The position numbers and the translations under genes were made by a program. The notes below the pieces were generated by a model that was not told where the DNA came from, made no database searches, and saw only the letters and a list, made by a program, of their open reading frames with translations. From the NCBI GenBank assembly GCA_036584565.1, contig JAZHDF010000097.1, forward strand, positions 1 to 36,484: a stretch of 36,484 bases of DNA, in the 5' to 3' direction. How positions within the stretch are numbered: position 1 is the first letter of the stretch; every line of letters starts with the position of its first letter. Shown here piece after piece: positions 8,555-18,111 of this stretch. The DNA comes from Candidatus Moraniibacteriota bacterium. GTDB lineage: Bacteria > Patescibacteriota > Minisyncoccia > Moranbacterales > UBA9337.

Positions 8555-10348
8555 TTATTCCTCACCCAAAATTTCTTCCCAAATATATCTTTTGGACACC
8601 GCTCCGCCCTCGTTTTTATAAGTTCTAAACTTGGAAACATCGGGTGCTTCGCAATTGATAAATTCTTTTTTCGGATTCAGATGATAGACCGTCAAGGTGC
8701 CGAATTGCTTTTCCTCAAATAAAGAAAATTTCTTGAAATATTTGGCAAGAGATTTTTTATTCGACTGAGTGCGAATAATCAAAAAATAATTTACCTTTTG
8801 ACAAATGGGGGCGCCGGCGCTCACACTGAGTCCGTCCCGAGGAATTTCTTTTTTATCCAACAAATAGCTGAAAGCTCGATGAAATTCGCTCTGCCCATAG
8901 AAAAGAATCGCATAACCGTTCTTTTGATGTTTTTCTTCCATATAATCGGCGATGGCGTTTTGCTGTTCCCAGGTAATTCTGGTTTTTTGGCGCAAAATTT
9001 TATCTGTTCCGATACTTATCGGCTCGCTTGCAGTCTTGGCCAATTGTCTCAAATATTCCGTCGTGAAATAAAGATTGAAAGCCGCAAAAACAATAGCGAA
9101 GGCCCAACCTAAATTTTTTATTTTTATCACCCGACTTATTTCATAAACTATCAACCCCCAAAAAACAAACGGTAAAGCGATTACAATCAAATAAAAACGA
9201 GGAGAAATATCGTAAGCCAACAGAGTAAAAATAACAAAGGAAACAACAAACATTATCCCGTTAAAAATCAAAAAATCTTTTTTGCGTAAATTTTTTTCTC
9301 TGATCGTTTTCCAAATCAAAATAATAGCCCCCAAAGCAAAAAATACGGAGGCCAACAAGCCCTTGTGTAGATTTTGGCGACAAGCTCCGACACAATCGAC
9401 TTCTATTTTTTTACTCTGAAAATCAAAAGCGATCCTGGGCAATTCGGCCGCCTGAGAACCGGTAACGATTGTCCAATAGCTCAAAGCGTTTTCACTGAAA
9501 TTTTTAACCACCTTTTCCGCCAAATCATAATCTTTTTTACTCTCGGATTTTTCTCCTACCGTTCCCGTCAACTGCTTGATATTTCCTCCTTCGCTTTTTA
9601 TGTCATTGATAACCATAGGCAGATGCAAAAAAAAGACGATCAAGACACTCCCCGCCCAAAAAACAAATTTTATTTTCGGTCTTTTAAATACCAAAAAAAT
9701 CACCCCCGCCAAAAAAACGATAATCAAAGCCAAAAAGTGCAACTGGGCCAAAATTCCGAAAAGAAAAGCGCTTGTCATCAACCAAGCCCCTTGCCTTTTC
9801 TTGTTTTCTCCGTCTACCGCCTGCAAAAGCGCCCAAGAAAAAGCGATTGCAAAAAAAGGAATCAGATTGGGATTCCAAGCAAATCTGGCATAAGTCACCA
9901 AAAAAAGAGAGGTGGCGAAAATCGACCCGGTAGCCAGAGATAAATCCTTGGAAAAAAATCTCCGCAAAAAGAAATAAAAAACAATCATGGCCAAAACGGA
10001 GAAAAATAAGCTGGCTAAAGCCGAGCCCAAAACCGAACTCCCGACCAAAAAAGAAAAACCGTATTCGATATAATAAAAAATCGGACCCAAGCGCAAATAA
10101 CTTCCGGCCGCCCGAGGCCCCAAAAGGGGTAGCTTGGAAACCCCGCCCTCCAAAGATTCGTCAATAAGAACCGCGTCCCTGGCCTGATCCAATTCGAAAT
10201 GAAGCCACGGTTCGAATTTATAACCCCGCAAAAAAACTCCGATCGCGAAAAATAACAAAAAAATCCAAAAATATTTATTTTTAAGAAAACTTAAACTTTC
10301 CAAGATTTTTAAATTTATTTTTAAATTTTTTCCCTTCTCGTTTTTCAT
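8555..10348 (-). CDS. ArnT/PMT-like (GT-C, GT39/83) multi-pass membrane glycosyltransferase
   Basis: FELDQARD in the first extracellular loop, PLLGP, LGPIFYY, YARFAWNPN, many transmembrane segments. Confidence 0.85.
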   Translation of the reverse strand: MKNEKGKNLKINLKILESLSFLKNKYFWIFLLFFAIGVFLRGYKFEPWLHFELDQARDAVLIDESLEGGVSKLPLLGPRAAGSYLRLGPIFYYIEYGFSFLVGSSVLGSALASLFFSVLAMIVFYFFLRRFFSKDLSLATGSIFATSLFLVTYARFAWNPNLIPFFAIAFSWALLQAVDGENKKRQGAWLMTSAFLFGILAQLHFLALIIVFLAGVIFLVFKRPKIKFVFWAGSVLIVFFLHLPMVINDIKSEGGNIKQLTGTVGEKSESKKDYDLAEKVVKNFSENALSYWTIVTGSQAAELPRIAFDFQSKKIEVDCVGACRQNLHKGLLASVFFALGAIILIWKTIREKNLRKKDFLIFNGIMFVVSFVIFTLLAYDISPRFYLIVIALPFVFWGLIVYEISRVIKIKNLGWAFAIVFAAFNLYFTTEYLRQLAKTASEPISIGTDKILRQKTRITWEQQNAIADYMEEKHQKNGYAILFYGQSEFHRAFSYLLDKKEIPRDGLSVSAGAPICQKVNYFLIIRTQSNKKSLAKYFKKFSLFEEKQFGTLTVYHLNPKKEFINCEAPDVSKFRTYKNEGGAVSKRYIWEEILGEE

Positions 10349-10360
10349 TCCCTGTAAAAT

Positions 10361-11938
10361 TTATTTTTTAATTTCCCCCCAATGATAAACGTTTATCGGC
10401 CCTCGGACCTGAAGATTATTAACTTTAGTCAAATTTTTCTCCATATATTTTTGCGCTTCCTTGGAAATAAAATTTTCATCATTATCCGAATAGACTATCC
10501 AACCGGAAGGGTTGGCGGCGATTATTTCCTTTAAACGAGTAAGGGTAATCTTTTTCTCTCCTTCTTCCGCTCTTTCTCCGCCCATCGAATAAACCTTGAT
10601 ACCGGCGCCTTGCCAATAAAAATTCCTAAAAGCCCTCGTTATTAAAACATCTTCGTCGTCTTTATGCTTCACAACATAACCGAAAACTTTTTTATAATCC
10701 GGATTTTCCGAGCGAGAAGTTTGGCGATAAGCGTTTTCTTCTTGGAAAAAATATCCGAAATTTATCAACAGCACCAAAATAATCGCCATCGCGGCCAAAT
10801 ATATTTCCCGACTATGCGCTTTGGAATTTTCTCGCAAAAAATCGGCCACTCGCCAGATTCCCGCCGCAATCAAAATTATTTGAAAAGGTTTGATAAAAAA
10901 CAAATATTGCGCTCCGACATTTCTGTCCCATAAAAAAACGGCTAAAAAAAGAATCACCGCATAATTTAAAAAAATAAAAATACCCGCTTTGGTTTTTTCT
11001 TTTATCAAATAGAACGATCCTAAAAGTAACAGCGCCCCGGCCAAAATCCAATTGGCATAATCGAAAAAAGAATTGTTTAAATAAGAAAAATGATCTTGCC
11101 AGCTCAAAGAAGCGGTCAAAGCGTTTCCTTGAATAAAAAAGACGATCGCCAAAACAATCGCCAAGGTTGAATAAAAAGAATAATGGTTGTAAAAACTCTT
11201 GGTTTTTTTCCATTCCACCACCGCCAGCACTAAGAAATATACCAAAGCCACAAAAACAAAGTTAGCGGTCAAAAGATGTAAATGCATACTCAAAATACCC
11301 AAAAACAACAGGAGCGGAAAATAGATAAAATTAAGTTTTGTTTTTTTGTTTAAAAGCCTGAGCCACTTCTGTTGCGGAAGCTTTCGAGACTCGAAAAAAT
11401 TAAAAGCCGCGTAAGCCAAAAGCAAAAAAACCGGCATAAACATAATATACATTCTCATCCGCCGAGAAAATTCTATCCCGTCCAAACTAAAAGCCAAAAG
11501 AAAGGCTGCCAGCAAAGCGATAGCCTTGTTTTTTGTGAAACCTAAAGTCACCCGATAAATTATAAATACCGCCAAGATTCCCCACAAAACACCCATTGTT
11601 CGATAAGACCACTCTTGACTGTCCGGTAAAAATCGCAACGATTGCGCCACCTGCCAATTATAAGCCCAGGCTCTGGTATAAGTATCTTCTCCGTCACCCC
11701 AAAAATCAAAATCAAAAAAAGTTTTAAAGTAAAGATTGTCCTCAAACGGACGCTCCCAGTTAAAATCCCACCTTCGCCACTCTCCGGTCTGAAGATAACC
11801 GTAGGCCGTGTTGACCCCCAAAAACTCGTCGGCCGAAAAAGATTTTTCTCCCAAATTATAAAAACGCAAAAAACCGGCCAAAATCAAAATCCCAATCAAA
11901 ATGACTGTGACCCTATTTTTCAGGAAATATTCCTTCAT
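10361..11938 (-). CDS. ArnT/PMT-like (GT-C) multi-pass membrane glycosyltransferase
   Basis: LRFYNLG..FSADE, SRRMRMY, many transmembrane segments. Confidence 0.85.
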   Translation of the reverse strand: MKEYFLKNRVTVILIGILILAGFLRFYNLGEKSFSADEFLGVNTAYGYLQTGEWRRWDFNWERPFEDNLYFKTFFDFDFWGDGEDTYTRAWAYNWQVAQSLRFLPDSQEWSYRTMGVLWGILAVFIIYRVTLGFTKNKAIALLAAFLLAFSLDGIEFSRRMRMYIMFMPVFLLLAYAAFNFFESRKLPQQKWLRLLNKKTKLNFIYFPLLLFLGILSMHLHLLTANFVFVALVYFLVLAVVEWKKTKSFYNHYSFYSTLAIVLAIVFFIQGNALTASLSWQDHFSYLNNSFFDYANWILAGALLLLGSFYLIKEKTKAGIFIFLNYAVILFLAVFLWDRNVGAQYLFFIKPFQIILIAAGIWRVADFLRENSKAHSREIYLAAMAIILVLLINFGYFFQEENAYRQTSRSENPDYKKVFGYVVKHKDDEDVLITRAFRNFYWQGAGIKVYSMGGERAEEGEKKITLTRLKEIIAANPSGWIVYSDNDENFISKEAQKYMEKNLTKVNNLQVRGPINVYHWGEIKK

Positions 11939-12391
11939 AAAACAAAAAAATTAATAACGAAAACAAAAATTTATCACATTTCAATTTTAACCGATATTCG
12001 ACCGTTTCGCAACCGCCGCAAAAAAATCAAGCTCACATATTTTCCCCTATTCGACGGTTATCCTTTCTTTTGTCATAGCAAGATCCCGACTCAATCTATA
12101 ATTTTGCCGGAGCGGGCTTGCAGTCCAGTCTGCTCGTTCCTGTCTCATAAACTGTCTTAATTCTTTATATTTTAAATGATTTATCAACCAAAGATAAAAT
12201 TGGGTTTTAAATTTATTTTTTCTCTTTGAGGTTTGTCATTTCTTTGGTATAATTAAAATACCTTAAAAACAAAAACGGAGCGGAATTAAATTTTCCATCA
12301 AAAAATAAATTTCTGTAAAAAAACCGCTTCTAATTTTTAGTTTGGAATTTTGTTTTTTTATTATTTTTATTCAATTTTTCTTTTCTATCTT

Positions 12392-14665
12392 ATGCCTGCC
12401 CGAAAACAAAAAAAAATATTTCCGGAAATAAACGAGATAATGATTGTTAACAACAAGAAGCTTGATCCTTATTTGGAGGTTGTTAATTTTTCTTCCCGCA
12501 ATGTAGATCAAAAAAAACTGGGTACGATTTTAGGAATTTTTGAAATCAAAGATCTTTCCGACGACTCGGCCTATATAGTAAACTTCCTTTCTTCGGTAGC
12601 CAAAAAAACTTATTTCGCCGGCCACCAAAAAAGCCCCGAGGAAAGCTTTGAATCGACTTTGGCCAAAGTCAATTTATCTCTGGCTGAAATCGCCAATCAC
12701 GGCAATGTCAATTGGATTGGCAAGATAGACGCCGTCCTCTGTTCAATCTTTGAAGATCAAATAAATTTCAGCGTTTCCGGCGATGCCAAAGTTCTGCTCC
12801 TGAGAAATCAAAAATTAATGGAAATCAGCGAAAGTCTCTCCCCCAAAGATGAAGCGGCCAATCCGCTTAAAACTTTTACCGATATCGCCAGCGGAAAATT
12901 GGAAAAAGGAGACAAATTAATCTTAACCACCGATGATATTTCCCATGTTTTTAGCCTTGAAGAAATAGAGAGAAACGCCCTTGAGTTTGAAAATGAAAAA
13001 TTTATCCGATTTTTGAGAACCGCACTGATAAACGAATTGGAGATCGCCGGTACGATTATCTTGGATATGAAGGAAAAAATAGAAAATTCGGAACAAAAAA
13101 TGATCTCGGAGGGAGAAATTGATCCGATTCCTCCGACTACCGAAAAAAACCTATTCGGCAGCGCCGCTTTTGACAAAAAACCCGAGGATTCGGTTAAGGC
13201 GGAAATAGAAAAAAAACTCTCCGAAAAAAATCAAGAAAAAACCTACACCAACCAAAAAACCGGCCACATTTATATCACCGACTCGGGAGATGATTTCTCC
13301 TCTCCGGAAGAAAACAAATTTGAAACCTGGCTTATCATCGCCAAAGAAAAAATGTCCGATTTCGGATTTTGGTTTCAGGAAAATTATTTGAGGAAATTTA
13401 AGTATCGAACCAAAAAATTTATCGAAAATATTTTTAAAAAACCGATTGAGCCGGATGATCACACTTGGTCGGAAAAGGCTCCCGCTCCGAAAGAACCCCT
13501 TCCAAAAACTTCCTCTTCTCAAAATACCAAGAACTTCTCTCGAAAATTCCTCTCTCGTCTAAATGACCTAATGCCCGAGCGAAAAACCGCTCCGCCCTCT
13601 CTGTCCGCGCAAAATTCACCGCTACCCGAAATTACAAAAAATTCAAAAATAAAATTTCCGATCAATTGCTCCTCGTCGGTTAAAAATAAATTTAATTTCA
13701 AAAAAATAACCGACTTCTTCGGTTTAATCATTCCTCGCTTTTCCAAAATCAAACAAAATTTTATCGAGATGAGCCCCCGCAAAAAAATAATTACCTTGTT
13801 TTTGATTTTATTCATCGTAATTGTTCCTTTTTGGTTTTTCAAAAAAGAGGAAAACTCTGCCGTTGTTAATGAAATTTCCAGTCCGACCGAGGATTTAAAG
13901 ATTAATCCTTCTTCCGAGTTCTACAAAGAATCGGAAAAAATTTATTCCGACTCGGAATTTATCGGCGCGTTTATCTTTAACAATTCCGTTTTTGCCGTCG
14001 GCCGAAATAGGATCGCTTCCGTAACGGATAACAAAGAGTATCCTTTCCCGGAAGATTTTAAAAATGCCCGAAACTATTGTTTCATGAATGATTTAAATTT
14101 GCTATTTTTGATTAACGAAGAAAATCTTCTCATAAGTTTTAGTCCGATTTCTCTCAAATTTAACAGCGATGCTATCAATATCCCCGCTAACGCCGAAATT
14201 AAAACTATCGGCTCTTATCTGACCTATCTATATATCGCCGACTCATTTAATCGACAAATCTATCGTTATCCCCGAGCGGAAAACGGTTTCGGAGAAAAGA
14301 TAAATTGGCTCCAGGACGATATCGACTTTGAAAACGTCACCGGAATGGCGATTGACGGCAATCTTTATTTAAGCAAAAAAGATTCCGTTATAAAATTATT
14401 TAACCGAAAGATTCAAAATTTTGAACTCAAAAAAGACGGCGAATCTGCCATCGACAAAATATTTACCGATGGAAACACCGCCTCTCTCTATGTCTTGGAC
14501 AAGACCAATGGAGAGCTCGATAAATACAACAAAGACGGCGACAAGCAAGCGTTTGTTTCCAATCAGGCGCTAACCGAAGCCGTCGATATTCGGATTGATG
14601 AAAAAAATTCTCTGGCCTATTTCATCACGCCGGAAGGAATGTTTAAAATAGCTCTTCCGCAATAA
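12392..14665 (+). CDS. Membrane protein with N-terminal PP2C/PPM-like fold, one transmembrane helix and a C-terminal NHL-like beta-propeller
   Basis: SVSGDAKVLLLRN, GKLEKGDKLILTTDD; TM IITLFLILFIVIVPFWFF; YLYIADS, GMAIDGNLY, LYVLDK repeats. Start uncertain (12350/12392/12440). Confidence 0.7.
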   Translation: MPARKQKKIFPEINEIMIVNNKKLDPYLEVVNFSSRNVDQKKLGTILGIFEIKDLSDDSAYIVNFLSSVAKKTYFAGHQKSPEESFESTLAKVNLSLAEIANHGNVNWIGKIDAVLCSIFEDQINFSVSGDAKVLLLRNQKLMEISESLSPKDEAANPLKTFTDIASGKLEKGDKLILTTDDISHVFSLEEIERNALEFENEKFIRFLRTALINELEIAGTIILDMKEKIENSEQKMISEGEIDPIPPTTEKNLFGSAAFDKKPEDSVKAEIEKKLSEKNQEKTYTNQKTGHIYITDSGDDFSSPEENKFETWLIIAKEKMSDFGFWFQENYLRKFKYRTKKFIENIFKKPIEPDDHTWSEKAPAPKEPLPKTSSSQNTKNFSRKFLSRLNDLMPERKTAPPSLSAQNSPLPEITKNSKIKFPINCSSSVKNKFNFKKITDFFGLIIPRFSKIKQNFIEMSPRKKIITLFLILFIVIVPFWFFKKEENSAVVNEISSPTEDLKINPSSEFYKESEKIYSDSEFIGAFIFNNSVFAVGRNRIASVTDNKEYPFPEDFKNARNYCFMNDLNLLFLINEENLLISFSPISLKFNSDAINIPANAEIKTIGSYLTYLYIADSFNRQIYRYPRAENGFGEKINWLQDDIDFENVTGMAIDGNLYLSKKDSVIKLFNRKIQNFELKKDGESAIDKIFTDGNTASLYVLDKTNGELDKYNKDGDKQAFVSNQALTEAVDIRIDEKNSLAYFITPEGMFKIALPQ

Positions 14666-14700
14666 AAAAACAGGTTTTTTTCGAAAGCCTGTTTTTTTAT
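14662..14700. terminator. Bidirectional terminator between convergent genes
   Basis: ATAAAAAAACAGG ... CCTGTTTTTTTAT inverted repeat. Confidence 0.75.
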
Positions 14701-14711
14701 CGCTTTTTATA

Positions 14712-14981
14712 TTAAGCGATACTCACCAATTTCCAATTGTCTCCCTCGACTTTGCTGATTTTAAAATCGATATTTTCATAACCGGCTTGTTTCAAAATTT
14801 CCTCCAAACCGAATCTGAGATTATCGAGACTGATATCTTCCGCATGTTCCTCAAATCCGTCGTGGGCCAGAGAAACTGTCCCCAATTCCAAGACTACTTG
14901 AGAAATTTTTTCCAGATTATTTTCCCGGGCAACTTCTTTTATTTTATCGGCGATTTCTTTGGCCAAAATAAAATCATGCAT
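14712..14981 (-). CDS. hypA: HypA/HybF-like nickel metallochaperone lacking the zinc finger
   Basis: MHDFILAKEI N-terminal Ni motif, KISQVVLELG, DNLRFGL; no cysteines; downstream of hydrogenase genes. Confidence 0.75.
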   Translation of the reverse strand: MHDFILAKEIADKIKEVARENNLEKISQVVLELGTVSLAHDGFEEHAEDISLDNLRFGLEEILKQAGYENIDFKISKVEGDNWKLVSIA

Positions 14982-15025
14982 ATTTTTTAAATTTAATAAT
15001 TAATATTTAGCTTTATCTTTAAAAA

Positions 15026-15571
15026 TCAGACAATAACATTTCCCCTTCCGATTGAGGGCAAATCTCCTTCGTATTGAGTTAGAGCTATCACTATATCCCC
15101 CTCGGTATCTTTTATTTGGGCCAGAGCCAAAGCTCGATGCATCCCCTCTATCAAAACAATTTTTCCCTCATTAATAACTCCGGTCAACATTGTTTGGTAA
15201 GGAAAATTTTTTATTATCGATTTGACTTTCTTATTTTCCGCTACCGTCTGATGGGTTAAGATATCTCCAATCATCTTTGTCTTCTCTCCTTGATAACATT
15301 TTTCTTGCCACCCGCGGGACGGCACGCCGTAAATCAAATTAACATCTTCATTCGGCTTGATAATGCGATAAACTTTCCACAAACATTTCTCCGGCTCCAA
15401 CGGCGCGACATAATTATTGCGCCAGTCGTCCCAAGACTCAAATCCGCGCTCCAGCCAATGCGCCTCCCAGTCTTTTTGATAAGCCTCATAAGATTTCCAG
15501 ATGGAAAAAATCTCGCTCCATTTAATGCCGCCTGCGTACTCGAACGATTCGTACTGCTGAGGAATTTTCAT
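15026..15571 (-). CDS. Hypothetical protein with a ParB/Srx-like motif
   Basis: 181-aa ORF; KIVLIEGMHRALAL resembles the ParB-N (D/E)GxHR motif. Confidence 0.6.
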   Translation of the reverse strand: MKIPQQYESFEYAGGIKWSEIFSIWKSYEAYQKDWEAHWLERGFESWDDWRNNYVAPLEPEKCLWKVYRIIKPNEDVNLIYGVPSRGWQEKCYQGEKTKMIGDILTHQTVAENKKVKSIIKNFPYQTMLTGVINEGKIVLIEGMHRALALAQIKDTEGDIVIALTQYEGDLPSIGRGNVIV

Positions 15572-15596
15572 AATAAATAAAATAAAAAAATTAATT

Positions 15597-17228
15597 TTAA
15601 AAAATAGTCAGTCCGGTGGGAGAACCAGGTGCACCGATTGTACTTCCCGATAATTCCATCGGGGTTAAACCGTCGGAAAGTTGCCAACCGCGAGAGCCGA
15701 TATGGGCGAATTGATCAGTTTGCAATTTACCGTTAGCGTCAATTAATGCCGATTCGCTGGTATTTTTAAGATTGTCTATGTCTACAAAGTCCAACCATGG
15801 ATTAATCGTCCATATTGTTTTGTCTTTATCATAGCCAATGTAGTCACGCATCCAAAATTTAGATGTTTCCGAATTACTATTGATTATCACATTTTCGCTT
15901 ATAAGAGTGTCTCCGAATTTACCCGGATTTACGCCATCATAATAAGCCAAGATAATATCTCCAACTATCGTATTTCTATAATAGTATGAATTTGTTGTAT
16001 ATCTTTCCGGGCTGAAAGATGAAGTGTTTATTCTTATTGAGCAAGTTGTGTAGGGTGTTATATTTGAGGTACCGGTTGTCTTGAAATAATTGAAACAAAT
16101 TTCAACTTTATCTGTTCCATACATAAAGCCATTAACAACGGCGCCTATTGCCTCTACGCTTGCCATTACAATACTATTACCCCTAATAGATGATCCATCA
16201 AGATCATCCTTTACAGCAAGGGCAACATTAATACCGGAAATAGATGTTCCACCGTTGTTGTGAATTATATTATTTTCTATTAAGGTTTTGGGAGCATCAT
16301 ATAGACTACCAATAGCGGCTACACCCGTAAAGTCTGAAAAAACATTATCTTGGATGGTAAAATAATAGCCCAACCCTGATTCACGCGTAAAAAGAAATCC
16401 CTGATTGTTATTTTGTGACACCGGAGATGATATGCCGCTGAAAGTACAGCGGCGCACAGTTTTGTAATTTTGTACCGAAGACATTCTCACGGCGTGGCCG
16501 CTGATAAAATTGCTGAAATTAAGATTATCAAAATATACATTTCCCGCAATTATTGATCCCCACCCTTCTACATTTACGGTTTCGCTAGGGTATCCAATCC
16601 ATGTGAACGGGCTATTTCCGATGTTTGTTGGTTGCCGTTCTACAAGATCAGCCATCTCTGCATATTCAGGACCGTCGTTGCTAATTCCAAATGGAGCAAG
16701 TGCATAGTTTCCCCCTCGAAAATACACAATGGCTGTTTTATCCGTTACGCTCTCCAACATATTCAAGATTGTCTTGAACGGCTGAGAAAAAGATCCGGTC
16801 GAATTCCCATCATAATAACTGTCTATAAAGAAAAACCCCGCGTTGGATATAACTATCTCCCATGTCGTCGAAACTGTGGTTGATTCAGAGTCTGTAACTG
16901 ACAGTGTGATATTCCCGGAGTTTGACTGAGGATTAGGCCAAGAGATTTCTCCGGTTCTAGGATTGATAGTCATTCCCTCGGGTTGATTGGAGAGTGAATA
17001 AGTATAAGGATAGGTTCCTCCGATTACTGCGGCTCGGATATTGTATTCGATTCCGGGATAAGCTCGGAAAATTCGGTTGGTGGAAGGGATAGCCGGGTCA
17101 CCGGTTCCGGCCGGTTTGATATTAGTTATTTCTAAAGGAAAGAAAGCCGCTTGAGAAGTTTTTGAAAAGATAAAAAAACTTAAGATTAAGAAAAGAGAAA
17201 TGAAAATTATTTTTGTTTTTTTATTCAT
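15597..17228 (-). CDS. Array gene A: secreted protein with putative Ig (He_PIG-like) domain and pectin-lyase-like beta-helix
   Basis: Signal peptide, GGTYPYTYSL..PEGMTINPRTGEISW, TGSFSQPFKTI/VYFRGGNY, IQDNVF/IENNII repeats, C-terminal SPTGLTIF. Confidence 0.85.
   Translation of the reverse strand: MNKKTKIIFISLFLILSFFIFSKTSQAAFFPLEITNIKPAGTGDPAIPSTNRIFRAYPGIEYNIRAAVIGGTYPYTYSLSNQPEGMTINPRTGEISWPNPQSNSGNITLSVTDSESTTVSTTWEIVISNAGFFFIDSYYDGNSTGSFSQPFKTILNMLESVTDKTAIVYFRGGNYALAPFGISNDGPEYAEMADLVERQPTNIGNSPFTWIGYPSETVNVEGWGSIIAGNVYFDNLNFSNFISGHAVRMSSVQNYKTVRRCTFSGISSPVSQNNNQGFLFTRESGLGYYFTIQDNVFSDFTGVAAIGSLYDAPKTLIENNIIHNNGGTSISGINVALAVKDDLDGSSIRGNSIVMASVEAIGAVVNGFMYGTDKVEICFNYFKTTGTSNITPYTTCSIRINTSSFSPERYTTNSYYYRNTIVGDIILAYYDGVNPGKFGDTLISENVIINSNSETSKFWMRDYIGYDKDKTIWTINPWLDFVDIDNLKNTSESALIDANGKLQTDQFAHIGSRGWQLSDGLTPMELSGSTIGAPGSPTGLTIF
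15631..15703. repeat. 3' constant block shared by array genes A and C (second copy 18131-18203)
   Basis: 73 bp with one mismatch; encodes IGSRGWQLSDGLTPMELSGSTIGA. Confidence 0.95.
16926..17156. repeat. 5' constant block shared by array genes A and D (second copy about 21601-21831)
   Basis: 77 identical amino acids (SQAAFFPLEIT...ISWPNPQ) with only synonymous nucleotide differences. Confidence 0.95.
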
Positions 17229-17251
17229 ATCTTAAACTATATCACATTGAG
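17207..17251. repeat. 45-bp junction direct repeat, copy 1
   Basis: TTATTTTTGTTTTTTTATTCATATCTTAAACTATATCACATTGAG, identical to 18067-18111. Confidence 0.97.
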
Positions 17252-18088
17252 GCCAGTGGGGGGATTAATGAAATCCCCATCTGGGGGTACATATCCTTCA
17301 AAGATAACCATCTCATCCATCCAATGCTCAAAAGGCTCAGTGGCTTCAGATGAAGGATAAAAAGTAAACCCGCTAAACGTAGTTGAAGCATTTTCATCAG
17401 CTGATTGATTTATAAAAGTTGCAACCAGCTCATCATTAATCCATATTTTAGACTCCCCATCACTTCCTCCAAGTGTCGTCGGCATTTTTATCCAATGACG
17501 AACATTTGTCCAATATGCACCGAAGCCAGATTGTCCTCCAGCCGTAAAATTAAATTCAAAACGACCATCCGGATTATAATAATTGTTACCCTCGATTAAT
17601 TCAGAATAACCATAACCTATATGAACGGATGTTACTTTGTCAGTAATGATCATTGGCCCGGTGTTAACAGACGAATAATAGTCATCACCAAAATGCGAAT
17701 TCATGGTTGCAAAATAATAAGAGCTCCCGGTTAAAGGGCGGAAAGCCTTTATGTTGCCACCGGCAATATCTCGCGCTGACTTATTAAATTTTATCCAATA
17801 ATAAACAGTTATCTCGTCTTTTCCTATGACGCTCGCTGTCCCGATAGCTGTATTCCCTGCTCCATACAAAGAACCGTTCGGAGAAGCTGTTAATTTTAAA
17901 CATTCTCCCGATACGCATCCCAGAGATTCAACGGTTCTTAACCATCCACTGGAACTTCCGGCTCCAGCGCAAGTTTCTGTGACACAATTTTGATACAAAA
18001 TATCTCCATCCAAAGCAAAGGATGCCTCTGGAAGCAATAGAATAAAAAATATTAATGTTAAGCTAGTTATTTTTGTTTTTTTATTCAT
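17237..18088 (-). CDS. Array gene B: secreted protein with probable concanavalin-A/polysaccharide-lyase-like beta-sandwich
   Basis: Signal peptide; EITVYYWIKF, WTNVRHWIKM, DGESKIWINDELV, HWMDEMVI; C-terminal PPTGLNVI. Confidence 0.75.
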   Translation of the reverse strand: MNKKTKITSLTLIFFILLLPEASFALDGDILYQNCVTETCAGAGSSSGWLRTVESLGCVSGECLKLTASPNGSLYGAGNTAIGTASVIGKDEITVYYWIKFNKSARDIAGGNIKAFRPLTGSSYYFATMNSHFGDDYYSSVNTGPMIITDKVTSVHIGYGYSELIEGNNYYNPDGRFEFNFTAGGQSGFGAYWTNVRHWIKMPTTLGGSDGESKIWINDELVATFINQSADENASTTFSGFTFYPSSEATEPFEHWMDEMVIFEGYVPPDGDFINPPTGLNVI

Positions 18089-18111
18089 ATCTTAAACTAT
18101 ATCACATTGAG
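18067..18111. repeat. 45-bp junction direct repeat, copy 2
   Basis: Identical to 17207-17251; spans the stop of gene C, an 8-nt spacer and the start of gene B. Confidence 0.97.

Noticed and set aside
17207-18111. 45-bp repeats as a CRISPR array or integron attC sites
   Set aside because: Only two exact copies 860 bp apart, overlapping coding ends, not palindromic, without attC R/L box structure; no cas or integrase gene in the window.
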